From: Methanotrichaceae archaeon
GTDB taxonomy: Archaea > Halobacteriota > Methanosarcinia > Methanotrichales > Methanotrichaceae
DNA: 64,000 nt
Assembly: GCA_963748825.1 (NCBI GenBank)
Contig: CAVVKN010000009.1
Span: 96,001 to 160,000 of the forward strand
Reading direction: 5' to 3'
Shown here: positions 1 through 9,651 of the stretch, one piece after another
How positions within the stretch are numbered: the first letter of the stretch is position 1
How the letters are laid out: every line of letters begins with the position of its first letter
Notes under the pieces: generated by a model
What the model saw: only the letters and a program-made list of their open reading frames with translations
Told to the model about the DNA's origin: nothing
The model's database searches: none
Position numbers and translations under genes: made by a program

Positions 1-2
1 AG

Positions 3-503
3 GCCCACTACCTGGGAGCAGGCCTGCACGTGGACTTTGACGATCTAAAAGAGGCTCTTGTGGCCGAGCTGGAGAAGTGCCGGGCAGATGGCAACGAGGG
101 CACAATAGTAGTATACGGCCAGTGCCATCCCAAGATTGAAGAAATCCTAAAGCCCTACCATGCTGCGCTTGCGGCATGCCAGAACTGCGTGGACGCCTTC
201 ATCACCCGCAAGGGGCTGGAGAAGAAGGCCAAAGACGGGCTTTTCTTCTACCTCTCCCCAGGCTGGCTGGATGCCTGGAAAGACATTTTCCACCGCCTGA
301 ATTGGGGTCAAGAGGAGGCCAGGATGCAGATGGGCTCTTTTCGAGGATCAGTCTATTTGGACACCCTGAAAGATGCGGCTGCACGCGAAGAAGAGCTTTT
401 AGAATTCTTTGACTTCACTAACCTGCCCTTCGAGATAATGCCCGTAGATCTGGGCCACTTCAAATCCCTCATAATCAAGGCCAAAGAAAGCTTGGAGGAT
501 TGA
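3..503 (+). CDS. DUF1638-like protein, 5'-truncated by the window edge
   Basis: Frame is open from the window start (AHYLGAGLHVDFDDLK); motifs GLH, YGQCHP, NCVDAF and FYLSPGW are typical of DUF1638. Confidence 0.75.
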   Translation, partial: AHYLGAGLHVDFDDLKEALVAELEKCRADGNEGTIVVYGQCHPKIEEILKPYHAALAACQNCVDAFITRKGLEKKAKDGLFFYLSPGWLDAWKDIFHRLNWGQEEARMQMGSFRGSVYLDTLKDAAAREEELLEFFDFTNLPFEIMPVDLGHFKSLIIKAKESLED

Positions 504-913
504 GCTTGGACGAGTTGGAAGAGATAAAAAGGAAGAAAATGGAACAGATGAAAAAAGAGATGAACACATCCGCGAACCCGTCGGTAGAGCTTCCGGATAA
601 GCCCATAAAAGTCACTGATGCGACAATTGATTCTGCCGCATCCCAGTATCCTATCTTCATCCTGGACTGCTGGGCGGAATGGTGCGGACCCTGTCGCACG
701 ATCGGGCCGATTATCGAGCAGCTCGCATCGGAGATGAAGGGAAAGGTCGTCTTCGGCAAGCTGAACGTCGACGAGAACATGCAAACCGCTAACAAGCACA
801 GGATCTCGGCGATTCCCACTCTGATGATCTTCAAGAACGGCAAGCTCATCGATAAAATAGTGGGCGCTTACCCCAAGCCTGCATTAACCGCAAAAATTCT
901 AAAGCTCCTCTGA
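500..913 (+). CDS. trxA: Thioredoxin
   Basis: WAEWCGPC active site and SAIPT cis-Pro loop; N-terminal DELEEIKRKK helix as in Methanosarcinales Trx; T-run follows the stop. Confidence 0.95.
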   Translation: MSLDELEEIKRKKMEQMKKEMNTSANPSVELPDKPIKVTDATIDSAASQYPIFILDCWAEWCGPCRTIGPIIEQLASEMKGKVVFGKLNVDENMQTANKHRISAIPTLMIFKNGKLIDKIVGAYPKPALTAKILKLL

Positions 914-983
914 AGGCCAACCTTCCGAGGATCTCTCTTTTCTATTACTTTTTTTTTCAGGCACGGATAACTGGTAATTCCCT

Positions 984-1601
984 TCAAGGTATGCTATTGA
1001 CAGCCTTGATCTCGGGATAGCCGGAGATACTGTAAACCGGTTTGGACGAGAGAGTGTCAGGCACCTCGTAAAGAGGCTTGGTTCTTGAGTATTGACTGAT
1101 ATTGTAAATGGGCTTGTAGATATCAGTGTTGTAGGTGATATTGGATACATTTCCCAGGCGCTGGCTCACATTGAATGCGGGATTAGGAGAAGTGCTGGAA
1201 GGTATATTGTAGGTGGATTTGTTGCCGTATACATCCAGGTTGTTCAAGGGTTTGGTCTTCTCGAAGCCGGCCCGAAGAACCTTGGTGTGAGAAGCGACAT
1301 TCCCTGCCCCCATTTGGGTAGCGGTCGGGGCGCTTTTCAGGCTATCATCGAGAGAAGTAGCCATGGTCGCATCGGGGTTTTCAGCCTGCGCGAGGCTCTC
1401 TGTGACATTCTGAGTCTCGTTTAGCGCGATCTTCGCCGTGGCGTTCTGAGTTGCATTTATTGTGATGTTGGCGGTAGCGTTCTGGGTCTCGTTTAGTGTG
1501 ATATTCGCGGTAGCGTTCTGACTGTTATCTGCAATTGAGGCCGGCATCAAAAAGGCCAGCAGCGCCAGAGTGCAGATAAGGCTAGCAAGAATTTTTTGCA
1601 T
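984..1601 (-). CDS. Secreted, N-glycosylation-rich hypothetical protein
   Basis: Signal peptide MQKILASLICTLALLAFLMPASIA; many NxT/S sequons. Confidence 0.8.
   Translation of the reverse strand: MQKILASLICTLALLAFLMPASIADNSQNATANITLNETQNATANITINATQNATAKIALNETQNVTESLAQAENPDATMATSLDDSLKSAPTATQMGAGNVASHTKVLRAGFEKTKPLNNLDVYGNKSTYNIPSSTSPNPAFNVSQRLGNVSNITYNTDIYKPIYNISQYSRTKPLYEVPDTLSSKPVYSISGYPEIKAVNSIP
1401..1520 (-). repeat. Intragenic 36-bp tandem repeat, about 3.3 copies (QNATANITLNET-like)
   Basis: Anchor ttctg recurs at 1408, 1444, 1480 and 1516. Confidence 0.85.
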
Positions 1602-1607
1602 AATAAA

Positions 1608-2654
1608 TCATCTCCTTCTCCTGAGAAGAACGATCGTGAGCATGGCTAATGCTGCAGCTCCTGCCGGAAAGTCTGCTTTTTTTGCCGTATCTGTAGCATT
1701 GCTCCTCAACAGAGGCTTGGCCTCAATCACATTCTCCTCCAAATCCACAACGGCGCCGCCCTGGCCGAGTAAAACAGTGCGTAGCAAATAAATGCCCGGC
1801 TCAAGAGTCTTGTTCCAGGTGATCTCCACCGTCTCATCGTCTCCGGTAAGAAGGACAGGCGTCCTCTTTTCGGTGGTATTGAGAATGGAACCGTTTTGAG
1901 ATAGAATAAACCGCAAAGATCCCTCAAAGGGAACACGAGAGTTGCCCATAACTGTGGCGCTGGCACCGGTCTCATCCTGATAGGTCTCGGTGATCATAGC
2001 GTCATCGACAGCCAAGAAGGAATTCATGAAGGACCTTGTTTGGTTGTGATTCAGCTCCACAATCTTCACCCGGCCCGCATACTCACGTCCGTTTTCCAGG
2101 ATCTGCTTCCAGGCATAGTCCTTGGTAATAGGCATGGCAAAGCTTCCCGTGATAGGTATCACCTGCTCTCTGGTGACATACACGGCCTTGTTCCCGTCGA
2201 TGAGCATGTAGTAAATATCCACAACGGTAGGATCGCTGGCACTGATGGCAAGGTGCATGCCGCGAGAGTCGGCACGAAAATCGCGCACGTCAAACCTTAT
2301 GGGCTCAACTCCCCCGTAAAAGAAGCTATCGCATTTCCTGGAGACGACAGTCCCATTTTCCCATAAGAACGCGCAGACATCATAACTGCCTTTCTCGGCA
2401 TGGAAGGCTGGCCAGCGAATGACCCAGGTCCCAGGACCGTCCAATGTCAGGTTCTTGGTCATAATCAGCCTTCCCTCATCGATCAGATCCATCCGCAAAG
2501 CCATGCCGGCCACGTCTCCTTCTAGAGTGACATCAGCCGAGTCGATGTTGGAGTAGAGATTTGCAATCTCCGAAGACTGGGCTGTGCCCGCCATAGCCAT
2601 CAGAGCTGCCAGGGCCACCAGGGCCGCTAAATGCCAAACCGCGCTTATTCTCAT
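1608..2654 (-). CDS. Cell-surface protein with signal peptide and C-terminal TM plus Arg-cluster anchor
   Basis: N-terminal signal peptide; C-terminus KKADFPAGAAALAMLTIVLLRRRR resembles a PGF-CTERM tripartite signal. Confidence 0.8.
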   Translation of the reverse strand: MRISAVWHLAALVALAALMAMAGTAQSSEIANLYSNIDSADVTLEGDVAGMALRMDLIDEGRLIMTKNLTLDGPGTWVIRWPAFHAEKGSYDVCAFLWENGTVVSRKCDSFFYGGVEPIRFDVRDFRADSRGMHLAISASDPTVVDIYYMLIDGNKAVYVTREQVIPITGSFAMPITKDYAWKQILENGREYAGRVKIVELNHNQTRSFMNSFLAVDDAMITETYQDETGASATVMGNSRVPFEGSLRFILSQNGSILNTTEKRTPVLLTGDDETVEITWNKTLEPGIYLLRTVLLGQGGAVVDLEENVIEAKPLLRSNATDTAKKADFPAGAAALAMLTIVLLRRRR

Positions 2655-2793
2655 AGGGACCTTACCTGCCGATAATTGCCATGTTGCCAGGTATTCTGTC
2701 TTTCTTAATGGGTTTAAAACTAACGTATCGAAAAAAGGAGATCAAAAAAAGGAAACAAAGGAAAACATGCCCTGTCACTTGATGCCAGGCTGG

Positions 2794-4434
2794 CTAAATA
2801 GTCAGCCAATTGGTGAACGGCGCGATCAAGGTTATGAGCAGGGATGTCAGTACCAACCAGGAAAGAATGGCCACAGTCGTCCTGGTGTACCTTTCCGCCT
2901 CCTGGGGCCTCAAAATCCTCTCAAAGCCGGACTGCACCAGATCCCTGAAGATGTGCCCGCCATCCAATGGCACCATAGGAAGGCAGTTGAACAGACCGGC
3001 ATAGAGGTTGATCCAGCCGATCCAGAGCAGGAGATTGGCGATCCAGAAGAACTTGCTTCCCAGGGGCTCTGCCCATCCGCTGGGCTCAAAAACGGCGGTC
3101 AGCCAGCCACTAAAACCAGGAAAGCCTTTCTGGGTGAATCCAGGAATTCCGGCAAAAGGCAGGCTTAACATGTAGGTGAAACCCTGCATGCCGCTACGGG
3201 GGATCGCCTTGAGAACCTGCAGAAATTGTCTGGCAGGAGCCTCTTGAAAGAATGCGCCTCCGGATAAAACTGCATTCCCGGAGATGCCGATGCCTATGAA
3301 TCCTCCGCTATCCTCAGAAGCTGCCTCTTTCGCCGTGAGATTGACCTGATAGGTGATGCCCTGACCTGTGGTTATAGCGATGATTTGGCCGGGGCGAGTG
3401 GTGTTCATCTGTTTTCTGAAGCCCTCCAGGTTTACAATCTCCATTCCGTCGATCCTGGTGATTAGGCTCCTGGCAGGAAGACCGGCCGCTTCGGCTGGTG
3501 AGCCCTTGAAGATAGAAGCCACCATGATGCCTCGCGCCGGCTCGCCGGAGAGCGGCAGGATCTGTTCTCGGTCGTCATAAAGCATCCGCATGCTCGCAGT
3601 AGAACTGCCCAGATGGCTGTAGAACTGCTCTAGATTGCTGTCTCTGTTTCCATTTACGTCCAATAGCACCATGCCGCTCGCAAAACCTGCTGCCTGGGCA
3701 GCAGAGCCGTCCTGAACATCGACTACTATCAGCCTGTCCACCGGAGATATGGATCCGATGACCGGCCCGAAGAAGAGGGCCATAGCCACTGCCGCAACGA
3801 TGAAATTAGAGATGACACCCGCAGATAGAATCCTGATTCTGGCTCCCTTGCTCACCTTTGGCGGCTTATCTTTGCCACCGAAGAGCTCCTCTTCGTCCGG
3901 CTCCACAAAAGCTGCTATTGGGGCAAATAAAACGGCGACGATTCCCATGGACTTGACGCGCACGCCCTCTACGCGGCTTAGTATGCCATGAGCGAACTCG
4001 TGTACCACCATGGTCACAAAGAGAGCTATCCAGCCCCAGACGAAGGGGATGTACTCATTTAAGCCAGGAATGAGGAGAATGTTTCTCGGAGCGTTATAGC
4101 TGCTGGGCTGAGGTGGCTCCTGGATCATGTAATAGGTCATGATGAGAACCAGCATCAAAAAATAGGTCATGCTCAATACGACCAGAGGGATGCCGGCCGA
4201 GGCCACGATCCTCCAAAATCTCTTGGGACGGGCCAGCCTGTCCAGCAGATTCAGGCCCCTGCTGGTACGAAAGAACATCGCCAAAGGAACGCCTAACACG
4301 CTTCCGACAGATATTCCCCGGCTACGCCATTTTTCGCTATCTTTCAAAGGCAAAAGAAGGATGGAATACAAGCCGATCAGCGCTGCGGCTATGAGCAGCC
4401 AATCTACGAAATCAAGCTGAAACTGCAAGTTCAA
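2794..4434 (-). CDS. Site-2 protease (M50) with PDZ domains
   Basis: HEFAH zinc motif; NCLPMVPLDGG motif; two PDZ-like GSxAxxAG segments. Confidence 0.93.
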   Translation of the reverse strand: MNLQFQLDFVDWLLIAAALIGLYSILLLPLKDSEKWRSRGISVGSVLGVPLAMFFRTSRGLNLLDRLARPKRFWRIVASAGIPLVVLSMTYFLMLVLIMTYYMIQEPPQPSSYNAPRNILLIPGLNEYIPFVWGWIALFVTMVVHEFAHGILSRVEGVRVKSMGIVAVLFAPIAAFVEPDEEELFGGKDKPPKVSKGARIRILSAGVISNFIVAAVAMALFFGPVIGSISPVDRLIVVDVQDGSAAQAAGFASGMVLLDVNGNRDSNLEQFYSHLGSSTASMRMLYDDREQILPLSGEPARGIMVASIFKGSPAEAAGLPARSLITRIDGMEIVNLEGFRKQMNTTRPGQIIAITTGQGITYQVNLTAKEAASEDSGGFIGIGISGNAVLSGGAFFQEAPARQFLQVLKAIPRSGMQGFTYMLSLPFAGIPGFTQKGFPGFSGWLTAVFEPSGWAEPLGSKFFWIANLLLWIGWINLYAGLFNCLPMVPLDGGHIFRDLVQSGFERILRPQEAERYTRTTVAILSWLVLTSLLITLIAPFTNWLTI

Positions 4435-4621
4435 AATTTTATCCTCGCCAGGTCAATCTACGATTCCATTATATAAGCTGATAAGCTGCCCGCCGCCCTT
4501 TAACTGGGCAATCATGGCCTATGAGATCCAGCCCATTCACACCGTGTATTACGGATAACGAATATCAGCCGAAAACTAAATTGATAAAAAGAAAACAGTG
4601 AGAAAAAGAGATGCAAAGACC

Positions 4622-5164
4622 TCAGAGTAAGCCCTGCTCCCTCAGCTCTGCCTTGGCCAGCTCCTGATGCTTCTTCTCCAAAAAGCTATAGACATTTCCA
4701 TGCGGAGCACCATCAAGCAGCATCTCTATGGCGGTGCGTGCAACTCGCATTTGCTCCGGATAGCCTAAGATGGCGACCGTTTTGCCATACACAGATACCT
4801 TGGCGCCGGAGAGCCTCTCCATGATCTCGCGCGACCGTCCGTCCTTGCCGATGATGCGGCCCTTGATGCGTTCCATATCACTCTTTGTGCCTGCCGTCTT
4901 GGAGAGGTCCAGCACATCGAGCATCAACATCTCGTCATCAAGAATGGTCAGGGCCCTCTCCGGTGAGAAGCCTCTGCCGATGGCTTTTACCAGGTCTAAT
5001 ACTCGGAGGCCCTGCAACGGGTCTTCTGCCGATGCAATGGAGACCGCACCGGTCTCGCTGTCTATCTCAAGAGTGGTCTTGGTCTTCTCTTCAATAAAGC
5101 GCTTCATGGACCCGCCTGGTCCCACCAGCACACCCACGCGCTCCTCTGGAATCTTGATATCCAA
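4622..5164 (-). CDS. KH-domain pre-rRNA processing protein (Dim2/Pno1)
   Basis: VGVLVGPGG and RIKGRIIGKDG KH motifs; AIGRGFSPE; conserved position after rio1. Confidence 0.93.
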   Translation of the reverse strand: MDIKIPEERVGVLVGPGGSMKRFIEEKTKTTLEIDSETGAVSIASAEDPLQGLRVLDLVKAIGRGFSPERALTILDDEMLMLDVLDLSKTAGTKSDMERIKGRIIGKDGRSREIMERLSGAKVSVYGKTVAILGYPEQMRVARTAIEMLLDGAPHGNVYSFLEKKHQELAKAELREQGLL

Positions 5165-5169
5165 TTTAA

Positions 5170-5976
5170 TCAGCCTTCTTTTTTGTCTAGCTCTTCGATC
5201 TCTTCTTTGTCTTTGCGAAGCTTCGCCCAGATCTCCTCAGGGGAGCCCACGTTATATTTTTTCTTAAAGTAATGGGCCACGTTAGCTATATCGCGCTCCA
5301 GAAATCTTCTGGCCATGGGATGGTCCAGCGTAACAGACTGTCCCATATCTATTATCACCGGCTCGCCTTCGTTATAAAGTATATTGAACTCGCTCAGATC
5401 GGCATGAACGAGCTTCCCGCGATTATAGAGCACCGAGATATATTCAACGATCTTTTCAAAAATGCGCTTTGCGTCCTCAGTCTCCAGGTCCACGTCTTTT
5501 AGCGTAGGAGCAACATTCTCGCCATTACTGATTAGATCCATAACCAGTATGTTCTCCTTCATGGCTATGGGATGGGGCACAGCTACACCCACCTCTTCCG
5601 CCCGCGTCAGGTTTCGAAATTCCTTCCGGGTCCAGGCCGCGACAATAGCTCTCTTTGTGCCCTTCACGCTTCCAAATCTTGGATCTCCATGCAAGTAGTC
5701 CTGCATGGCATTGAAATTGCTGGTAGAGATGCGGTAAATCTTTAGGGCCAGCTCTTTTTCGCCAACGATGGCCTTAAAAATGTTGGCTTCTTTGCCGGTG
5801 CAGACGGACCCGCCCAGAGCATCAATTACGCCCTTGCTGGCCAGGCTGTAAAGGTCCATCAGGGTGCGCTTATCAAAGACCGCATCCTGGACGTTTAGAT
5901 CATCGGAGTCCTTTATCCTGGTGCGAAGAACATCGATCTTGGTATCGAAATCTTCATCCTTGGTACGCCTGCTCAT
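5170..5976 (-). CDS. rio1: Serine/threonine kinase RIO1
   Basis: TGKEANIF, LVHADLSEFNIL, IIDMGQSV motifs. Confidence 0.96.
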   Translation of the reverse strand: MSRRTKDEDFDTKIDVLRTRIKDSDDLNVQDAVFDKRTLMDLYSLASKGVIDALGGSVCTGKEANIFKAIVGEKELALKIYRISTSNFNAMQDYLHGDPRFGSVKGTKRAIVAAWTRKEFRNLTRAEEVGVAVPHPIAMKENILVMDLISNGENVAPTLKDVDLETEDAKRIFEKIVEYISVLYNRGKLVHADLSEFNILYNEGEPVIIDMGQSVTLDHPMARRFLERDIANVAHYFKKKYNVGSPEEIWAKLRKDKEEIEELDKKEG

Positions 5977-6001
5977 AAAGTGCCTTTCAAGAAGATTCCT
6001 T

Positions 6002-6325
6002 TCAAGAAGTTCCTTTCAGAAATCCCTTGCGCTGCAGCCAGTCCACCTGGGGACCGGTGTATCTCCAGACTACATCGGCCTTATCATTCTGGATTTCCCA
6101 AGGAATGACAATAACCACGTCACCTTGTCTGATCCAGATCCTCTTTTTCATCTTGCCAGGTATGCGGCCCATCCTGGTAACGCCGTCGATGCATCTCACC
6201 CTTATGCGATTGGCTCCAAGCAAACTTTCCACATGACCGAATATTTCTCGATCCTGTTTGCGGGGGAGACGAACTCTGGTAATTACAGCTCCTTCTTCTT
6301 CCCTGCCACGACCTCTATTATACAG
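6002..6325 (-). CDS. eif1a: Translation initiation factor aIF-1A
   Basis: [20 protein letters not shown] motif; frame extends upstream through RVRLPRK to a CTG at 6325 just behind a GAGGTGA Shine-Dalgarno. Confidence 0.95.
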   Translation of the reverse strand: MYNRGRGREEEGAVITRVRLPRKQDREIFGHVESLLGANRIRVRCIDGVTRMGRIPGKMKKRIWIRQGDVVIVIPWEIQNDKADVVWRYTGPQVDWLQRKGFLKGTS

Positions 6326-6474
6326 CTTATCACCTCAAATAATAATTATGGACTAAGACTCATGGAATCTTCGGGGTCGCTATTGCCCCGAGTAGCCTAA
6401 GTATCTATCTTTTCGCCCTTACGCGCTAAAAACCACTCTTAAATAGTTAAAGCTTGTGTCGGCCAAAATACAAA

Positions 6475-6548
6475 TGGGCCCGACGCGATTCGAACGCGTG
6501 ATCCCCGCCGTGTGAAGGCGATGTCATAACCAGCTAGACCACAGGCCC
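6475..6548 (-). tRNA. tRNA-Val(CAC)
   Basis: Cloverleaf GGGCCTG...CGGGCCCA; anticodon loop TT-CAC-AC; T-loop TTCGAAT. Confidence 0.95.
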
Positions 6549-6661
6549 TCGGAGTAAGCAAGTAAGTCATCAGCTATTTGTATCTTGCCCTTGGGAAGAG
6601 AACAGCAAACTCTTTTTCGTCCGGCGCAGAGGAATTATTTAAATAGTAATTCGCGAAGCTA

Positions 6662-7456
6662 ATGAAACAAATGAGTTTCATTTTGAGAAACCCAGCCTAT
6701 ACCTTTTATGAGCGGCTTTTAAAGACACGCATTCTTGCCGGAGAGCCGGTGGAGCATGTGGCCATCATTCAAGATGGAAATCGAAGATTTGCCATGCAAA
6801 GAGGCCTTTCCACCTATCTGGGGCATAGCCTGGGGGCGGAGACCTCGGAAATGGTCATGGACTGGTGCCTGGAGGTAGGTGTTAAGCATCTCACTCTCTA
6901 CACCTTTTCCACGGAGAACTTTGAGAGAGACGAGAAGGAGAAGCGCTATCTCTTTGATCTGATCAAAAATAAGTTCGTAGAGCTGAAGCGCTCCAAAAGG
7001 ATACACGGCAATCAGATTCGCGTGCGAGCCATCGGCAGGGTGGAGATGCTTCCGCCGGACCTGCAGGAGGAGATCTGCCGCACGGAGGAGGCCACGCGAG
7101 AGTATGAGACGATGTACCTCAACGTGGCCCTGGCCTACGGCGGCCAGCGCGAGCTGGTAGACGCGGCGCGGTCCCTGGCGCGCCAGGTTTCCGAGGGAAA
7201 GATCAGGGCAGAAGAAGTGGATGAGGATCTGATAGCTTCGCACCTCTATCCGCAGGATGGCATTTCTGTGCCCAAAGTGGATCTGATCATCAGGACAGGC
7301 GGGGACTATCGCACCTCTAACTTCCTGCCCTGGCAGGCCAACGGCAATGAGTGCGCCGCATACTTTTGCGCACCCTACTGGCCGGAGTTTCGCAAGATCG
7401 ACTTTCTGCGCGCCATTAGGACGGCCCAGACCAGGGCCTCAGGCCAACAAGCTTAA
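6662..7456 (+). CDS. uppS: cis-prenyl (undecaprenyl/dolichol-type) diphosphate synthase
   Basis: HVAIIQDGNRR, FSTENF, IRTGG-RTSNFLPWQ motifs. Confidence 0.95.
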   Translation: MKQMSFILRNPAYTFYERLLKTRILAGEPVEHVAIIQDGNRRFAMQRGLSTYLGHSLGAETSEMVMDWCLEVGVKHLTLYTFSTENFERDEKEKRYLFDLIKNKFVELKRSKRIHGNQIRVRAIGRVEMLPPDLQEEICRTEEATREYETMYLNVALAYGGQRELVDAARSLARQVSEGKIRAEEVDEDLIASHLYPQDGISVPKVDLIIRTGGDYRTSNFLPWQANGNECAAYFCAPYWPEFRKIDFLRAIRTAQTRASGQQA

Positions 7457-7486
7457 TAACTAAAAGTATGCCATGAAGGATGTTTT

Positions 7487-7576
7487 GTCCCGATGGGGTA
7501 GTGGACATCCCGGAGGCCTGCGGAGCAAAGTTTGCGCAGCGAGCCTTCAACCCGGGTTCGAATCCCGGTCGGGACG
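7487..7576 (+). tRNA. tRNA-Arg(GCG) with 18-nt intron (7524-7541)
   Basis: GTCCCGA/TCGGGAC acceptor stem; GAGGC-CT-GCG-G|intron|A-GCCTT; CTGC/GCAG bulge-helix-bulge at 37/38. Confidence 0.93.
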
Positions 7577-7795
7577 CTTTCCTTACCATAAGAAGGTAAG
7601 GTTTCATGAGGACTTTTCCTTGCCTTTTTTGAGAGCCCTTAAAACCTCGGTCGTGATGTGATAAATGGTTGATGTTTTGGTATCAACATAATGCTTGCGA
7701 TCATGATGAATACCATTCCAGGATTACTCTCAAAGAAATTGTAACGCGATGACGCTACGAACCTTATCGATTGCATCCGGCGATTCGCTTTGTCG

Positions 7796-8047
7796 CTATT
7801 CAGAAAGCTGGGAATCGATCTTCTTGATATCATCTAGCAGATTTTTGCCACACTCAGTTGTTTCATATAATACGTTCTTTCCCTGCTTAATTTCTAAGAG
7901 GTTATTTTTTATTAGCAAATTAATATAAGGATCGACAGTTTTAAAGTTGAGGTTTGCCTGATATACTATCCTCGTCTTATTAGAACCATTTTTGCATATA
8001 TCTAATATTTTTGAAATAATAATATGTCTACTTCTCTTCATCTTCAT
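7796..8047 (-). CDS. Small winged-helix DNA-binding protein
   Basis: KRSRHIIISKILDIC...KTRIVYQANLNF...YETTECG pattern of archaeal wHTH; ATG at 8047 follows a G-rich RBS. Confidence 0.85.
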   Translation of the reverse strand: MKMKRSRHIIISKILDICKNGSNKTRIVYQANLNFKTVDPYINLLIKNNLLEIKQGKNVLYETTECGKNLLDDIKKIDSQLSE

Positions 8048-8499
8048 TTCCCCCTTATCTATAAATACGGTCGTATATGTTGGGTGCTGAAAAGCGCCAA
8101 CAACGGACTCGGCAGGCAATCTATGAGATTTATGGTGGTTCCATTTAGATCAGGCGGCATTTTTCCACCACCCACACCCACGACAATTAATACATATACG
8201 ATCTCAGCAATATTGCTCCTGGTGAGCAACACTTAAAAGCTTTACTAAACCATTGTAAGTACTCATGTTATTACTGGATAAATTACTAATTCATTTAGCA
8301 ATTTTTTAAGAATAAACATATGAAATTTTTTGTATATATTATTAATTTCAAGTGCTAACTGGATGTCGAAAAACTCCTAGAAGTTAACCAAATCTTAAAA
8401 ATTTTTAAATAAGTAATTATTTGTACGTCGAAATTATATATAATATAATATAATTATTATTTAGATCTAACGCCGATAGTCGCGATGAGATACATGTAG

Positions 8500-9124
8500 A
8501 TGCATCAGCCGAAGGGGCTGTTTCAATCTGCGGCACAGGCCCTATCCTTCCAGCCCATTATCATTTCAGCATGGCGTACTCATGCCACGCATGCCCGCTC
8601 ATTGATCAACCTCACCCAGGTTCGCGCAGGCGAGATGCTGCTCGATCGCTTCGCCGGAACCTGCGGCATTCTGATCGAATCCTACCTGATCGGCATCCAG
8701 GAACGGGGCAAAGAGGTTCAAACCCGACCGGTGAAGGGTCCTTTATGCAATCTGCTGTGTCTGGACTGCTCTCTTTTATTGGGGGAAGCAAAGCGTTTAC
8801 CATTGCAAAACCCGTCTATTGATGCCGCTGTCCTGGACACACCCAATAGCAGGTCAGCCTAAAATTCTGGCTAAGTCGAAGGAACTTCTCTTGCAGGAAA
8901 GTTTAAGTTAGCTCTTCCGGGTGATCAAGCCCGGCAGGCGTATGGTAATCGTGGCAGATAGCCCTCTTGATGCCTTGCTCGCGAAGGCGGGTTTTGATAT
9001 CATCCCAAAGCATACGGACCGCGTGCATGGAAGCCTGACCCGGCATATTTTCCTCTGCCAAAAGGCAAGTGCAAAGGTCATGGATTTTAAAAATGGTCCG
9101 CTCGATAAGAAGTTAAAAAAATAG
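8500..9124 (+). pseudogene. Degenerate tRNA m2G10 methyltransferase (Trm11-like), C-terminal part
   Basis: ARSLINL...LLDRFAGTCGILIE and DTP resemble degraded DPFxGTGG and DxPY motifs; frameshift at about 8860 and in-frame TAG at about 8909; no intact 5' part. Confidence 0.75.
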
Positions 9125-9225
9125 AGTTTTAGATGATACGTTAAGTAATTCCCAATTACGTATCTGTAATTAGGACGAGTAAAAGGCTTAAATATTTAGC
9201 CCGCATCCTCCAAGTAGGTAATGCA

Positions 9226-9639
9226 ATGAATAGCAAACTATCATTATTAATAATATTCATCTTGATCCAATCAAGTCAGATCGCTCTGGCACTAGATGTA
9301 GATTTGACGGGCACCTGGACTTCAAAGTACCAGTTTGGCCCAATAGAAGAAATAATGACTGCGAATATTCAGCATTTTGGCGCTAATCTTCTGGGATCGT
9401 TCACAGTTAAACCTTCCGAGGGAGATGAGTATTCAGGAATAATATTCGGTACAGTTGAGGGGAACGCAGTAGCTGCAAATTATTTATCTGTAAGAAACTC
9501 GGGCGATGCCGACCCGCAGGTAGCAATTATCTTCATAGATAGCCAAATCGTGGATCAAGATACGCTAAGAGGCACTTATTATGTCCAGGATAGCGAAATG
9601 AATGCGATCTCCGGGCCGTTTGAAGCTACTAGAAAATAA
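9226..9639 (+). CDS. Secreted beta-strand-rich hypothetical protein
   Basis: Signal peptide ending IALA; DLTGTW start and GPFEATR end suggest a small beta-barrel. Confidence 0.75.
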   Translation: MNSKLSLLIIFILIQSSQIALALDVDLTGTWTSKYQFGPIEEIMTANIQHFGANLLGSFTVKPSEGDEYSGIIFGTVEGNAVAANYLSVRNSGDADPQVAIIFIDSQIVDQDTLRGTYYVQDSEMNAISGPFEATRK

Positions 9640-9651
9640 GTGGAGACTGCC

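Noticed and set aside
7487-7576. tRNA introns (Arg and Gly) as a novelty
   Set aside because: Canonical 37/38 bulge-helix-bulge introns, ordinary for archaea
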